In this document: piece by piece, positions 35,651 through 48,800 of the stretch
How positions within the stretch are numbered: the first letter of the stretch is position 1
Layout of the letters: every line of letters starts with the position of its first letter
Origin: Takakia lepidozioides
Taxonomy: Eukaryota > Plantae > Bryophyta
Length of the DNA: 64,000 nt
Assembly: GCA_030704615.1 (NCBI GenBank)
Contig: CM060731.1
Coordinates: 87,854,001-87,918,000, forward strand
Direction: 5' to 3'
Program-made: the position numbers and the translations under genes
Notes under the pieces: model-generated
The model's database searches: none
What the model was told of the DNA's origin: nothing
What the model saw: the letters and a program-made list of their open reading frames with translations, nothing else

Positions 35651-37154
35651 ATGCTTTAAGTAGAAAGCAACAACTCATGTTGGTGTACAGGGGCAAGACG
35701 GCGCTCCAAAGGAAGATCCGGAAGGCTTACCGGAAGGATGAGATGGTGAAGTCCGTGATGCGGGACTTGAGGATGGGGGTTAAATCGCAATTCTACTTGC
35801 AAAATGGACTGCTCCGGTACAAGCAAAAGCGTCTCTACGTGCCGAAGGGAGGGATCAGAGATAGTCTCTCGAGAGAATGCCATGATGGCCCACTTGCGGG
35901 CCACGGCGGAGCCAAGCGCACCGCGACACTCTTGAAGAAAGAGTATTTCTGGCCCAAACTGAGGGAGGAGGCCGAGGAGTATGTCAAGACATGCACCACA
36001 TGCCAACAAAACCGGAGCGAGTACAAAAAACAAGCGGGACTGTTACAACCCTTGCCGATTCCAGAGGGGTCTTGGGAAAGTGTCTCGATGGATTTCATGA
36101 CTGCTATGCCGCTGTCAAAAGGATTCGATGCAATCATGGTGGTGGAAGATAGGTTCAGTAAAATGGGCCATTTCATCCCCACCAAGGAGACGACAACGGT
36201 GCAGGAGACGGAGCGACTTTATTTCACCCATGCCTTCAAGCATCATGGACTCCCGAAGGATATTGACTCGGACCGCGAGCCAAAGTTTACAAGTAAATTT
36301 TGGAGGGCATTTTGGAAGAAAATGGGGACAAGGCTCAAGATGAGCACCGCCTTCCGACCTACGACGGACGGCCAAACAGAAAGGGTGAATTCCGTGGTGA
36401 AGCAGATCTTGCGGAATTACGTGTCGGCAGTCCAATCGGACTAGGTAGAGCACTTGGATGCGGCAGAGTTCTGTTATAATAACACAAAACACTCCGCAAT
36501 GGGAGTTTCCCCTTTGTATTGGTCTATGGAAAAGCACCTCTGCTGCCAACAAGTTGGGCCACCCAAGACGTTGAGGAACCAGCAGCAGCAGCAGTGCTGG
36601 AAGAACGCGAGCGTTTGTTGAAGCTCGCAAAGTACAACATTGCCAAAGCTAGGAAACGGTATGAAAGGCATGCGAATCGGAAGCGGAGGGAAGTTAAGTT
36701 TGAGGCAGGCATGGAGGTCTGGTTGAACATCAAGAATTTCCGACTACCTCTGGAAGTGAGTCCGAAGTTCGTACCTCCGTATGCAGGGCCCTTTCGCATC
36801 CGGAAGGTTATGAATGAGGATGTGTATGAATTGGAGCTGCCAGCAAACAGCAAGGTGCATCCGGTATTCCACGTCTCCCTTTTGAAGCCTTACTTCAAAG
36901 ATGAAGCGCGTCCGAATCGGCATCAAGTGTTGCATCCACCACGTGCGCTGTTGGATCATGAAAATGAACATGAGTACGAGGTGGAGGCAGTGCTTAAGTC
37001 GAAGAGGTTCAAGAATCGAGAAACGGAGTATCTCGTGAAATGGAAGGGTTATCATCATGTTGAGGTATCTTGGGTGCGTGCCTCAGAAATGGGAAACGCA
37101 TCCGAGGCGGTTGCAGCTTTCGAAGGACGACCTCAAAAGCGAAAGAAGCGTTGA
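35646..37154 (+). pseudogene. Chromovirus D integrase and chromodomain
   Basis: ADALSR..ECHD..GH..CTTCQQ..SMDF..DREPKF..DGQTERVN..GPF..HPVFHVSLLK..EYEVEAVL..YLVKWKGY. Confidence 0.93.
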
Positions 37155-37188
37155 TGGGGACATCAACCTTGGATCGTGGGGGAGGAAA

Positions 37189-38775
37189 TGCATGCTTAGC
37201 CCGGCTTAGCTAGCTCCGGAATTCGATTGCAAAAACTTGTATTGTACAAATTTTGTTATAAATGAAATGATTTCCAAATGTTGTGCGTCCTATTTTGTTT
37301 GGAATGGTGATGCATGGTATGGTTGGCTAGTGTGTAGAATGCATGTTAGCTTACAAAAGTGGGAGAGGTAAATTGGATTAATCGTGTGTTTGCGTAGTGC
37401 CAAATCGGATGACTCCCATCCAAGGGGCAATGAAACTTGCGCCTTCCTTGGAAGTTCACGTGCTAGTGCGCACCTGGCGCGTGCGTGTACTATAACTGCG
37501 CTACCGAGGGGGTTGCCTTGTAGTGCGGGCTAATTCAGAAGCTACGTGCTTCCGTTCACGTACTATAATCGTGTAGCTCGGGATGAAGTCGTAGTGCGGC
37601 TTCAGCGTGTTCTCGTACCTTAGGCCAGCATTCCAAGGCGGACCCAATTGTAGTGATTGGGGCGCATGGTTAGTTCAAGGTTATCTTCCTAGTCAAAAAG
37701 GGTTCAAGGTGAACCCTTGCTCAAGGTGATGCCAAAAACGGCATCATGAGCGGTCGCAAGCAATGTTGTTGCAGTAAGGCGATTCAATCCTCGTGGAGGA
37801 TCATTCCTTGGCCTTGGAGTAGGCCAAGAAGAGTACACTGGGAGGAGCTTAAGATGCTCCACCCTTGGCCGGGACTTGGAGGAAGTCGGCCGAACTAGCT
37901 AGTGGAGAGTAGAGTCAAGTGGGGGTTTGGTTCTTTGCCATGGGACGCCATGGTGCGGAAACAAACTCCTTGATGTGGGACGCCACAACTTGGATGTTCG
38001 TTTCTACAAAATGGACAAGTCGATGAGGACATCGACTCCCTGTTGGTAGGGGTGTGTGTCGCGGCCCTTTGCCTTCAGGGCAGGGGGTCGGGACGCAGAG
38101 GGGCTGCCCCTGTGGTGGGGCGGTGGTAGCAATATGTACGGGGGGGGGGGGGGGAGGGGCTGAAGCACTTAAGGAGTTGGAGGCGCTCATTAGGTGGAGC
38201 CCCGCACAATGGGTTGCGGTGGGGGTGGCTCCACAAGGGGTGGTGGTAGCTTAGTGGGACTTAACGGGGGTGGCATAGGACTCACCATGGGGCGGAGACC
38301 TTGTGGTGGGAGTCGTGGGGAGTCTTGGGACTCACCATGGTCCAATGGGGCCGTGGTGGGTGGGCTAAGACTCACCGCGATTCATCACCGGGAATCGAGG
38401 GTCTTCGTGGTGGTTCGCCATAAAATGGCATGGTTGTTTGTGAAACCCCCGCGGACAGTCACAGAAGTATATATAGGGAGTAGTAACCCCGAGAACGGTG
38501 CAAACCCGTTGGTGACCAAAAACTAGTGAGTAAGCGAGCGAGCCGGAAAGCGACCAAGGAGTGGGGAGTTATTCCGGACTGCCATCTACCAAAGGGAATT
38601 TCCACTAGGCCCAAATTGGTGGAGGGTCTGTTGGGGGAGAAAAGGGGGACCGTTATGTCCCGGTGAGCAGCCGAAGCTCCGAATTGACTCGGTGGCCAGG
38701 TTGGGAGTTAGACGCGCGCATCAAAGCGAGTAACTATGACTTGAAGGGGAGCTTACCAAAGTGAGGTGCGTGACA
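37189..38775 (+). repeat. 3' LTR of chromovirus D
   Basis: TGCATGC...GTGACA, preceded by the GGGGGAGGAAA polypurine tract. Confidence 0.93.
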
Positions 38776-40437
38776 CTCCATCGATGAGTACATCCGTTAC
38801 CAGCTTCCATCCAATACGTACTTGTATTATTGGTATTGCTTCGTCGTAGTCTGGAGTTTGTTGTATAGTTGTGGGTTTAATTGTGTAAACCTCTGGTGTT
38901 GGTTTTTGTTTTGATGTGGGGGTCAATGCCTCAATTGTCCGAAATAAAGTTTTCTTGCAGTGTGGAGCAATTTTTAATAATTGTCCAATGGTCATTTGGG
39001 TCTTGGTCTGGCAGATTACTTCAGCCAATTCTGTTTCCGTGGTTGCATTTGTGGTCTTCATCGTTGTTCTGATTTGATTATGGGTTCCTTCTTGCATTTG
39101 AGCTATGGCTTTACTTACCTCCTGGTGTAAGCTCTTTTCTTCCTGCCATGCTGCACTTTATGGATATTGTTTTCGCTCTTCTTTAATCTCTTTATCTGGA
39201 GGTTCTCTTTCTTGGCCTGAATTCGGGTTACCGCAAAGGTATCTACCATAGGAATTACCACACTCATGGCTACACTCGGTCCGGCTTCCATATTTCCCAC
39301 TTCTGCCTCATGCTTGATTTGCAACTGGCATTCATGTTTCCAGTGTCCCTCTTTCTTGCAATAGTGACATCTCGTGATTTCTTTGTTTCTGGGTTGATGT
39401 TCTCTATCCCGTGGTGGATAGTCATCTCGTGGCCTTTGATAACGATTACCCATATTGTATCGTCTTGGCCCATCCGATCCTCCCCGTCGGATTTGGACTT
39501 GGTGTACCCCCACCTCTTGTGTGTACCCACTCTTCTTGGCCCGTTGATTGTAAATACAATGGCTGGTATTATGATTGTTCATATGACAAATATCACAATA
39601 TTTGTCTTTCATGTGGCATTCTGTTGCCAAGTGTCCTACAGTCGCACATTTGTGACACCATGTTGCTTTTCGTGGCCTTCATCTTTAAAATTCTTGATAG
39701 CCTCTGCTATCTTCTAATCCAAAGTGGTTTTGTCAATCACTTCTTTCTTCTTTTGTTTGGGCTTTTCTTCATCACCATAGTCTTCTTCTTCCAAGGGATC
39801 CTTGGAATCTTTACTTCTGCTCTGATGACATCCCAATTCCAATTTCTTTGCAGTTCCTACTGCTTCAGCCAAAGTGTTGTTAGGCATGACTGTAACCATG
39901 GTTACATATTCAGGATGAAGTCCGTTAATGAACCATGATTTTTGCAAGTCATCACCTGATGTTTGAGGTAGCTTCCTGATCAGAGTCTTCATTCTCTCCA
40001 GGTAGTCGACTACCAATTCTTTCTTTTTCTGTCTCAGGTTCTGTAATCCTATGAAGATTTCAGACGTGGATTTGTTGGATCTATATCGTTCTTGAAATGC
40101 GGCTCTCATATCCGCCCAATTTGCAAAGTTGATTGGCTGGAAAGGTTGCCAACCATTCAATGCCTTTTCTGGCCATTGAACAACGAAATAATCGGATCTT
40201 TTCCTGGTCTGTTGCTTCATTATAAATGGTGCACATGTTCTGAAATTGATTAAGATGGATATCCGGATCAGATTTCCTATCATATAAAGGAAACGGCGGT
40301 CTGGTTTTGCTTGCTGCTAAAGCCATTGGTGCTGCTGGTGCAACTGGTTGTCCAAACTGGAATGGTCCCGCTGCTGTTGGTTGTGGTGTTGGGATTGTCA
40401 AGGCTAGTGGTGTTGTTGGTGTTTGTCTTCCAAACAA
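38776..40437 (-). pseudogene. Outer element gag (retrotrans_gag, zinc knuckles) and start of the protease, cut by the D insertion
   Basis: DPDIHLNQF..W..F.ERY..L.NLRQ..FINGL; CDICHMNNHNTSHC; CHYCKKEGHWKHEC; VLIDG at the junction. Confidence 0.88.
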
Positions 40438-40541
40438 TGATTCAAAACTAGGAGGTCATTGTCCCAATGATAGCCGTCTTCCAGCTGATGTCCCTACTAA
40501 GCTTTATGAATATTTAAAAGCCTTGAGTGCAGTCCTGGTTA

Positions 40542-41538
40542 TCATTTCTGGAAAATAGTTTCACCTTCTTCACTCAGAATATTCTCAAATCTTTCTTCCA
40601 ATATTTCAACAAAACCTCGATTTGGACTTGTTACTGTAGAAGGTCCTTCAGATCTTTCTTGTGGTAACCATTCGCCAAGTGCATTACTTGCAACTCCTTC
40701 TGGTGTAGTGTTCTCACTTTCCAAAGATCCGATTTCCTGATCTTATGGGTTATCACTGTCAATTTGTCTTGATGTCTCACCTTGAATAATATTCAAGGTT
40801 TGTAATTCTGGGAACTCTTTTCTCAACCGAGCTTCCCTTTTTGCAGCATATTTCTCTATTTTTTCAGTTCTGTCTTGCTTAACTTTTTCCTTAATTTCCT
40901 CATTCATTCCCACATCATATACAGAATTCCTTTTCAGCACCCTTTAATAAGCCTTGGTATGTCAGCAAAGAAAAATTATAGTGGTCTCTACCCTTTCTCC
41001 AAGATTTACACTATCTTGTTAGAATCTGTATCACAAATTAATTTTCTTTTACTGATTGATCACCAATCTTTTAATGGGCACAATAATACCATTTGTCTTT
41101 CTCAGTGTATCTGACTTGTAATAAGTCTTTGGGTATCCAGTACTCCACTGCTTCTATGATCATATGAGAATATTCATAATTTGAACATCCTTCCCTGAAA
41201 ATATAACTAGTTTAGCAAACTTTTCTGATTGGGATTAGATTAATCAATAAAGCTAGACGAAACAACCATTCTTCACTTCTGATTCTACATTCCCAAGGTG
41301 CTCGTGTAATACTGTTCACTCCTCCCTTTAATCCCCATTTGTCATCTTCTTTCGTAATTGAAAGAAAGATCTTATGTTGTATTGCTATTGGTAAACCATG
41401 AAATTTTTTCAGGAATGCTTTCCATTCCTCTGCTTCCGTTGACTCGTTCTTTTGTGATTTCAAGAAATCACTGAGTAGCCATCCTTCCTTGAGTTCACTT
41501 GAACTCAACATACCGTTAGTCCCCAACATGGTCGCCAA
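40542..41538 (-). pseudogene. Degraded ORF upstream of gag
   Basis: Broken minus-strand ORFs 41212-41538, 40743-40940 and 40542-40724, between the primer-binding site and gag. Confidence 0.45.
41521..41537 (-). promoter_or_regulatory. Primer-binding site (probably tRNA-Arg)
   Basis: TGGCGACCATGTTGGGG, 2 nt inside the 5' LTR; tRNA identity is inferred. Confidence 0.75.
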
Positions 41539-41539
41539 A

Positions 41540-42386
41540 TGTTAACCGCTGGTTTATGACTTAGACAAAACAGGCTCTCAGCACTACTGCCCATCTCCCA
41601 AGACATGTGACAGAGGTTGTCTGACGGTATGCTTGCAGAAACAATTACAAAGTAATCGTTTTAAGGATATCTAAACCGTGGCCGTCGTATGAATCAATAT
41701 CTCTACAGGTTGCTTAATCCTATTGATTAAGCCCAAGAGCTTAGTCGGAAAGACTGAAGCCTCTTTGTTCATACAATCAGATGGTAGTCAAGTCAAAACA
41801 AGAGCTATTCTGAGATGATACACATTCTCACCATCTCACGTTATCTCATAATGCACATTCTCTCCATCTCACGTTCACTCTACACAGAGATATTTCGAAT
41901 AACATGGCTTTACTTCAGAGTTCATCACACCATAGCATAAGTACACATCGAATCACTCTGAGTCCACTGAATACACACTGATCACTGCTACCTTCTAAGT
42001 TGCGTGCAACCCTTTTATACTATGCTCGAAAGAGCCGTTACAGCTTGCAGTTGTTAATGACTGTTTGCCTAACTGCCTATGCAACCTAAAGGGTTTGCTA
42101 AAAAAATGGCTCGTTGTAGTGGTCGTGTGTCATAGTGGTACACGGTCCACTACTTCCTCTATTAGTAAAAGCCGATGCTAACGTGGCCGTGTGATATTGT
42201 GGTTCACGGCCCAAGGTTGCTACACTACCCACTACTGCTCCGTGGTAATGTACCCTTGTTCCGCCATTTGCTAAGTACCGCGTACTTAGCCTTTTCTGCC
42301 GGTGACCAGGTAGTGTACACCAATCACCACCCGGTATGTCCCGTCGTGACCCTCGCTGTCTGGCCCTCGTAGCTTAGCCGTTATCA
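41540..42386 (-). repeat. 5' LTR of outer retrotransposon
   Basis: Near-identical to 22936-23794; followed by the GAGAG TSD. Confidence 0.95.
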
Positions 42387-42639
42387 GAGAGGGGCTAGGA
42401 ACAAACCATACCTTGGGCGCTGCCTCCTCATGCCGGGGGGCAGATCCGGAATGTTGGCGCCGTAGCATTATGGTCCTTGGCGCAGGACCCACTTTCTTCA
42501 CGTTCGACCCCAGTGCCACTCCCTGTGGTCCCTGCAAAACATATAGTGCCAGCCATGTGTGAGAGGGCATCCGGGGGGAACAAAACAAACATCTCATTTG
42601 GCTTCGATGTCATCTTGCAAACAGTAAGGTTAGTTTCAC

Positions 42640-43150
42640 CTACATGGGCACAGAAGCACTTCCCCCAACGACCCCATCCTCTCCCGCATTCAAGCTGCCA
42701 GTCGGGGTCAGCTTCCGCGTGCTTGTGAAGATGCAAAACAAATCTTGGCAGTAGGGCCAGACTGTTTCTAAAAGGTAGTCTGAATCGGGCCCCTCACTGA
42801 CATTGCCAGTAACATCCAACGACAATGGATGGACCATGTTCAAAGGGGAGTTCCCCTTCCCCTTGTGTAGTGAATCGTCCACTAATATGGTGTTGGATTC
42901 GTTAAATAGAGAAAATTCCGACCACACCCTCGACAGTCTCTTCTGTAAGTTCTGTACGGCAGGCCCTTTTGTGGGGTGTGGCTCTGTCGAGGGGTCACAC
43001 TCCTCTTGTGACCACACAAAGAGGGGAGAACCCTTGACCCCCTGCATCACCACTTTCAAGATGTCTGCAACATTCCCCTTGGAAGCACAGGACCATATCC
43101 CAATGTAGAAATGTAGAGAAGGTTTAAAAACTCGCAGACCTGGGGCCTCA
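42640..43150 (-). pseudogene. FCP1/NIF-type (HAD superfamily) phosphatase-like fragment
   Basis: RPQVCEFL..FYIGIWSCA..LFVWSQEEC..KRLSRVW..NTILVDDS..NMVHP; no DxDxT motif visible. Confidence 0.7.
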
Positions 43151-43685
43151 AAATTTATATTAAAATATTCAAGGTGCTAGACAACCGCAAAATTTTTGAC
43201 TGTAGTGAGAGACTTTGACTACCTAAAATGAGCTGACTGAGACAACCAGTTAAGCAATGGCACGTGTAAGCACAATATATAAACTATATAGCAATATATA
43301 CGTGGTAAAAATATTTAACTACTTTTTCACTGACCCAACACATTAATAGTAAACTAATCGTGTGCTAGTTAAGATTAGTGAAACAAAACAACTGAATTAC
43401 CTGAACGAATGATAAACAAACGCCTTGCTGGCAGATATTGGATGAACATATGAAAGGTTAGTGAAACAGAACAACTGAATTATCTGAACAAATGATAGAC
43501 AAACGCCTTGCTGGAATTCATTAATTTCATATGAATGGATGAATGGATGAGATTAAAATGATGGATGAACTAATAAACGGAAAACCAAATGGATGGATTG
43601 ATGGAAAACCCAAAATCCATCCATCTACGATACATTCATCCAAATAATTCAAAAATGGATTTAGGGTTGCGGGATTGCCTTCAGC

Positions 43686-45800
43686 GATGAGGAAGTTATG
43701 GGACTTATCGTTTTGCTGTGTTTGCGTGGAAGATCTGCAGGATATGCATAACTTGGGTGGACAACCGCAATCGCAAGGTGTGGGTTTTTCTTAATGTATG
43801 ATGTGAAGAAGTTTGTCCATCCTGCAAATGTGGGCTCTTGGCTCCTGTTAATACCATGATTTGGTATTCTTCCTGATGTTTACAAGGTTCTTGGGAGAGT
43901 CGGCTTGGTCTTAGCAGGCCGTGTTTCAGTCTCCGCCCGCTCAGCTGCACCGTGGTGGTTCTCGCAGACCAATCCGACATTACATGACTACAGACACAAG
44001 CAGCACACACAAGAGATGGTCAGTCAAATCCTCGATTGGTCATGACACAAGGTCGAAGACAATGTGGTAAGGGCACCTTCTTCGACCTCTTTCAGCCTGT
44101 TTTGCCCTCTCATCAGACTCGGCCCTGAATTTGCAGCACGGAGCAGAGCTGGCATGAGTTTTTTAAAGATCCTTCACGATGGTGCGACAACCGCAATCGC
44201 AAGGTGTGGCTTACAATGTGAAGAAGTTTGTCCGTCCTGCAAATGTGGGCTGTTGGCTCCTGTTAGTACCATGATTTGGTATCCTTCCTGATGTTTACAA
44301 GGTTCTTGGGAGAGAGCTTGGTCTTAGCAGGCCGTGTTTCAATCTCTACCTGCTCAGCTGCACCGTGGTGGTTCTCACAAACCATTCTGACAGTTCCTGG
44401 CTATATACACAAGCAGCACACACAAGAAGTTCTTTGGGTTGATGGTCTGTCAAATCCTCCATGGGTCATGACACAAGGTCAAGGTCGACAATGTGGTGAG
44501 GGCACCTTTTTCTTCGACCTATTTCTGCCTGTTTTACCCTCTCATCAGACTCGGCCCTGAGATGTATATTGAATTCTGTAAGTTAGCTCGTTGGGTGGAT
44601 CTGTGTGGTTAGGAGTGACTTTGACAAGTTACTGCCGATGTGGCAGCAGGAAAGTATCCAAAAACAGATAACATAGATTAGGAGAAGCTCGTTGGTGGAT
44701 CTATGGTGGTTTTGGAGTGATTTTGACATGTTACTGTCAGTGTCAGCTGCTTCAGCTGCTAGCTGCAACAAAGCTGAGGATGTATTCACGATTTGTACAC
44801 AAGCATGGATAGCTGAAGGAGTGCAGGGATAGATTGTGGGTCCAGATTCATCCAAGAGGTCCGGACTCAAGCTCCAGATTACCTATGATTCCCTGTGGAG
44901 GATAGCTACAAAAAACAGATGGTCAACTGGAAGCCGCAGCAACAGTGGCACAATGGATAAAATCAGGCACTGCTAATGAAGGCACCTTCTTCAACACATT
45001 TCACCCTGTTTTTCCTTCTTATCAGAATCTGCCCTAAATTTCCATGTTGAATTCTGCAAGTTAGCTGGTTGAGTGAATCTTGTTTGGAGTGACTTTGACA
45101 TGATACTGCCAATGTGACAACAGGAAAGTATCCAAAAACAGGTAACATATATGGGTGCAATTACACTCTCACTTTCCTCTCTGCTTCTGTTTGCTATTCA
45201 AAGGTAGGATTCCTGCCCTGAGTTTAAATTTCAGTCTGATGCCGAGAGTGGGTAGACCCTGAGTGAACCTTTGGTAGTTTGAAGTGACTTTGACATGATA
45301 CTGCCAATGTGACACAGGAAAGTATCCAAAAATAGGTAAACAAAGATGAGGAGAAGCTGTGGGATGAATACTTTTCTGACCCCAGCCAATGGTGGGACAA
45401 ACGAGGCAAAAAGGTGAATGCCTGCAGATTACCAGATGTCATTCTGAAGGCTGCAGACACAAGCTGTACACACAAGAGGTCCTTTAGGGTTGATGTTCGG
45501 TCAAATCCTCCATGGGTCATGACACAAGGTTAAGGACATGTGGTGAGGGCACCTTCTTCTTCAACCTATTTCTGTCTGTTTTACCCTCTCATCAGACTCG
45601 GCCCTAAGATGCATATTGAACTCTGCAAGTTAGCTCGTTGGGTGGATCTGTGGTGGTTAGGAGTGACTTTGACAAGTTACTGCTGATGTGGCAGCAGGAA
45701 AGTATCCAAAAACAGATAACATGGATGAGGAGAAGGCACCTTCTTCAACACATTTCACCCTGTTTTCCCCTCTTATCAGAATCAGCCCTACATTTCCATG
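43686..45800 (+). pseudogene. Tandemly duplicated, decayed units encoding OSB-type PDF motifs
   Basis: DEEKLWDEYFSDPSQWWDKRGKK at 45345-45413; W(V)DNRNRK|GT at ~43755; HKxxTQEVLWVDGLSNPPWV at ~44410; segments recur 2-4 times. Confidence 0.65.
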
Positions 45801-48800
45801 TTGAATGACGGAGCGTAACTTATGGTGTCATTTCACTACAAGGGCTACTGCCTTCCAGCTGAAAAGTGGACACCTTCATGATGCACCAGACCGTGGTTTG
45901 AACCCACAACCACATCCAACGTGGTATGTGCCCATTACCACTGGGCTACATGCTGGTTGTCTTATCTCCCAAAATGACTCCTGTGCCCTGAACTTTACGA
46001 GGCCCTCCCGTGTCAATGTCATCCAGTTGGTGTCTCGTTTGTTGAGGCACTTCAGGTACACCTCATCGGTCAATGAGTTTTTGTACTGCTCGACTGGAGT
46101 TGTTGTGCAGAGCTGGAAATAGTACAGCTTGTGTGCTAGGTCGCTTGAAGTGTATGATCTCGTCGCACTCAAGTTAGACCGAGGGCGGAGCGCCGCCCTC
46201 ATTCGCGCCTCTTGGCTAAACTCTCAACTACCAACTTGGTGCTCTTGCTAAACCTACTCCTTATCTATGGTAACCGCTTCATCTCCTCCACCAGACCATT
46301 GTACATCATCTCCGCCCAAGCTACACCACTTAGCGGTCTCACCACCCTAGTCAAGACTACCAACGTTAGCAAGGTTTGCCGCCATAGCTTTCCTGCCCAC
46401 TTCTTTCCCTTGTTACACAAACTGTGTCCTCACGTCTGGTTCTTGCCTCACCCCTATCCTCTTCCTCACACTGGTACGCTCGTTTTAAGTTACTTTCCGC
46501 AGGCTTATTGGCCGCACTGGGCCCAGGAGACATTACTCGAGCTCCTCCACCGTGCACAATGGCCACTCTAAGCAGCAAGCTGTCGACTCTGACAAGCTAC
46601 AGTCTTACCAGCATGCGAAGCCTGCAAATCGACTCGCCTCTTCCCATGTTTTGCAACACCCTAAGGTTACATGCGCAAGCAACAGGATGGAGTACAGTTC
46701 CCATCTGCGCCCTTTCTGGGATATATGCGAGACCGAACAAGTACATGGTGGCAAGCATGGACCTCATTGGATGTTGGTGCGCTCCAGTGAATGGCTGACT
46801 ACACTCTATGGCTTGGTTATGCAGCTGATCACCCGGTTCTCCCCCCCCCCCCCCCCCATTCAAGTGGATGTGCGATGTTCCCTTGTCGACAGCAGCAGGC
46901 GGCCGCTCTTAGTGCGTCACTTTAGTTTGGGTTCACAGGTTGCGATCCGGGGCGGTGGCGGTTGGGGCACCCCCTCTCATCGCGTTAAGGGACTTTTATC
47001 AAGCTTCACCACCATTCTCCCCCAGCATCCTAACTCTACATGTGGTTCTCTCAGCATTTGCGACTTATGTGCAACCCCTACAGTATCATATACCTCAGGT
47101 ACCCTTGTAACTTCCCACTACCCCTATCCCTTATGTATCCCTGACAACAAGGACCAGCCCTTACAGTTCAAATGAAATGCTACCACCATTGTCACCTTTC
47201 AGCTTTATCACCCTATGTCGGCCCCCTTGGAAACGACCCTTAAAGGTGCTGTTGCGGTTTCCACCCTCACTGCTACATACTCAGGACCCCATCCCCACAA
47301 ATGTAAATCTCCCTGCAAACATGAATGCCTCTGTTTTTTGGGTTCATAGAGCTACTATGTTGAATATACAGTTACTCATATATCCTGGAGCCGGACAGCT
47401 CCTATCAATGTTCCAGCCATAAAGCCAGATGCTGCTCAGGGGTACACTGCATTTTCCAATCTGAGTAACCCCACCTAGCACCCCTGTACATTGTTTTACC
47501 CTGCCTAGCACAACACCTATACTTGTATGGCTGCACCCCTCTCAATTCTGGCATCTCAATTGTACTCTGTCACTAACATGTGTGGCCATGCTCATTGTCT
47601 GCTTAGACCCTCAATCCAAGATCTTAGAGTTACACTATCACTTCACGACAGGGTGCCCCTTCCATCACTAACGCTTTTGCCTTTTGGTGTTGGCTCCGCC
47701 CTAATGGGTGTTGCAGGTACTCAGCAGCCCCCATCCCGCTCCAGCCAGCCACCTCTCCAGAGTTCCTCGCTCCCTCCCGGCTCCAATGTTTCCACAGCTC
47801 CACTGCTGCGGCCCCCTACACAGTAACATCAGGCCCACTCTCAACTTTAACAGTTGCTCACAACAGGTACTCCACTCCCGTTGGTGCACATACTAAGGTT
47901 ACACAATCACCTAGGGACTCCCAATATTCTCCCTCAAATCTATCATCAATTTTATTGGTACGTTCGATACTCGGTTCCCCTCATCTTGGATCCCCTACCA
48001 GGGCTATCACTGGGATACAAAACCTACTTTACTGTTGCTAGTGGCTATCATTCCCATCATGTGCACTGCCACTCCGTACTATGATACCCAAATCTTCCTC
48101 GCTCTTCATATCTCTCATACTGCTCCTCACATGAACCAGCATATGTCCCCCTCTAACATCGTCTACTGTACCATTTTGCAGACTGACACACCCCTTTGGG
48201 CACCCCCGCTGCCGATTAGCAGTTGGCCAAACCCCAAATACCATACAGGCTACCCCCTCTCCTCGTTACCCTCGTTTTTCATAGTCTCCTCTCCCTTACT
48301 GTTAAGGTACTCCATGTATATTTTACCCAACCCCAGTAAGACTTACCAATTGTTCTCTCTCTGTGCAACACCTGAAGATTGGCTGGCAACCCTAGACTAC
48401 ATCTCAGCCGTGGCCCTCCTATCCAAGACACGGATGCAACAACCTATGTAATTGTCCTCAATGTTCTCCAAGCTCACAATCTGGTGGAGCACTGGATCTC
48501 ATCCACCAAGAACTCGCCAGCTCCGGCTTACTGTTTCTCCCAGCAAATTATCAACAGCCTGCCTTACCCCATCTGGCCACCTGTAGTCACCCCCACCCAC
48601 CCAGCCACCATCTCTTTGTTTTTCTACCTGCTTCGACCCACACCTCTCTTGCTTACTGAGGATACTATGTGATTATGGCCCACTAACTGGTGCCAGCTTA
48701 GCTTGTTATCCCCAAACCTGGAAGGCTCTGCCCCCATCCATCCTCATCATTTAGACCTAAGCAGCAGCAAGCTAGTTGCAGCCTAGGCTCAATATTCAGT

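Larger units (their letters stand above)
28432..38775 (+). mobile_element. Chromovirus (Ty3/Gypsy) copy D, 5'-truncated, interrupted by copy C
   Basis: RT-RH 28432-29525, integrase-chromodomain 35646-37154, polypurine tract 37178-37188, 3' LTR 37189-38775. Confidence 0.9.
22936..42386 (-). mobile_element. Ty3/Gypsy LTR retrotransposon (non-chromovirus type) with nested insertions
   Basis: Paired TG..CA LTRs, GAGAG TSD at 22931-22935 and 42387-42391, primer-binding site, polypurine tract, and gag-PR-RT-RH on the minus strand. Confidence 0.95.

Noticed and set aside
35329-36444. 371-aa Pro-rich/integrase fusion protein
   Set aside because: Chance in-frame join of antisense LTR sequence to the D integrase at the deletion junction
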